Assembly: GCA_965216215.1 (NCBI GenBank)
Contig: CBDCFO010000008.1
Location: 534,726 to 598,725 of the forward strand
Length of the DNA: 64,000 nt
Reading direction: 5' to 3'
DNA from: Bryobacterales bacterium
GTDB lineage: Bacteria; Acidobacteriota; Terriglobia; Bryobacterales; UBA6623
Part shown: positions 63,279 through 64,000 of the stretch, piece after piece
Layout: every line of letters starts with the position of its first letter
How positions within the stretch are numbered: the first letter of the stretch is position 1
The notes under the pieces: generated by a model
Databases searched by the model: none
What the model was told of the DNA's origin: nothing
Seen by the model: only the letters and a program-made list of their open reading frames with translations
Made by a program: the position numbers and the translations under genes

Positions 63279-64000
63279 TCAGGGGACGCTGGAACGTGAC
63301 TTCACCCAATCCAAGAGCGTGTCCCGGAGCACCCATTCTGTTGGCTTGAAGGGTATCCCACGCCCGCGCCATTGCCCCGCGACGTAGTCGTTGGTCACGA
63401 ATCGGTAGACCCGGTTCGGATCCACACGGCGTCCGGCCGTGGCTTCCTCCGGCAGATCTTTGCCCAGCACCATGGCGGCGACCAGGGTGTTGTCAAACGG
63501 CAGGATGTTCCACACATGGCGCGCCGTCACCGTTCCACGTCCAAGGGAGTCCCGGACTCCGCCACGGTTCATGTAGGCGAGGTCCGCGCCGGTCACGTCC
63601 CGGATCGCCCGCTCGACAAGCTCTTGAACGGCCGAACGATCCAACGCACGGTCGCAGTAGCCGATGGACACATCCACTCGCTTCGAGACCTGAGACTCCC
63701 AATGTGCGACCCGCTCGGCGGTGGCAGGATCAGCCGGGAAGCCATCGCTCGAAACCGGGATTCGAGTCCATTCGTGCCGGACAATCCGGCTCGTGTCGGT
63801 ATCGAATGCAAGCTCCAGTCGCCCCAGTTCGACGCCGTAGGCGCGCAACTTCACTCCAATACGTCCGTCCACAAGCAGGGGCTCCTGCCTGCCACCGTGA
63901 TCGTGGCCGCTCACGAGGACATCGACATCGGGCAACTCGCGCAACACCAACTCGTCTTCATCGTCAAATAGGTGGCCGAGGACCACCACCATATCCGCGC
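63279..64000 (-). CDS. Bifunctional metallophosphatase/5'-nucleotidase (UshA-like), 3' part; N-terminus lies beyond the window
   Basis: ...VVVLGHLFDDEDELVLRELPDVDVLVSGHDHGG (metallophosphatase motif), followed by the 5'-nucleotidase C-terminal domain (ADLAYMNRGGVRDSL..GTVTARHVWNILPFDNTLV). The frame is open to position 64000. Confidence 0.7.
   Translation of the reverse strand, partial: ADMVVVLGHLFDDEDELVLRELPDVDVLVSGHDHGGRQEPLLVDGRIGVKLRAYGVELGRLELAFDTDTSRIVRHEWTRIPVSSDGFPADPATAERVAHWESQVSKRVDVSIGYCDRALDRSAVQELVERAIRDVTGADLAYMNRGGVRDSLGRGTVTARHVWNILPFDNTLVAAMVLGKDLPEEATAGRRVDPNRVYRFVTNDYVAGQWRGRGIPFKPTEWVLRDTLLDWVKSRSSVP

Noticed and set aside
1-64000. CRISPR arrays, rRNA and tRNA genes
   Set aside because: I saw no regularly spaced direct repeats or cloverleaf- or rRNA-like segments while reading both strands. 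The only tandem repeats are the 22-bp pair at 7863-7913 and GATATTTA x2 at 30630-30645. This was a manual scan, so tRNAscan-SE or Infernal should confirm it.

Overview
GC-rich (about 60-65% by eye, not computed) bacterial chromosomal segment. Gene content suggests an Acidobacteria-like or PVC-like soil organism: a CarboxypepD_reg-type TonB-dependent receptor, a PSCyt/DUF1553 + DUF1501 pair, and an ASPIC/UnbV FG-GAP protein. That taxonomic call is inference only. Housekeeping and catabolic genes are interleaved with heavily decayed accessory DNA. The housekeeping set includes an OmpA-family protein, murJ, an amidohydrolase, DinB, a gluconolactonase, an ADP-ribosylglycohydrolase/ribokinase/transporter operon, a TAXI-TRAP + DapA-like + DUF1445 operon and a vWA protein. 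The accessory DNA includes: (1) a full-length group II intron (about 9485-11478, minus strand) 125 bp upstream of the TonB receptor; (2) a 1.7-kb DDE IS with detectable inverted repeats (15269-17004) abutting a dead vapBC; (3) an ISAs1 transposase together with a DUF4338 ORF and a group-II-intron-like fragment, bracketed by a 32-bp imperfect inverted repeat (32244-35043); (4) relics of IS110, IS630 and IS3. There are six toxin-antitoxin loci. hipBA and an mqsRA-like pair look intact. The mazEF-like pair and one vapBC are mutationally dead, one vapC has an ambiguous N-terminus, and one antitoxin is orphaned. The two most interesting items are (a) a tightly packed three-gene operon at 54073-56902 (MqsR-like toxin, zinc-ribbon/HTH MqsA-like antitoxin, KGGVGR ParA/MinD-type ATPase fused to TPR-like repeats), which I cannot match to a described system; and (b) an eight-gene VirB-like type IV secretion operon (38039-45550) with only VirB4 as ATPase and no VirB11, VirD4 or relaxase nearby, the same parts list as the ComB DNA-uptake machine. 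I found no rRNA, tRNA or CRISPR arrays. All homology calls come from motif recognition in the translated ORFs. No searches were run.
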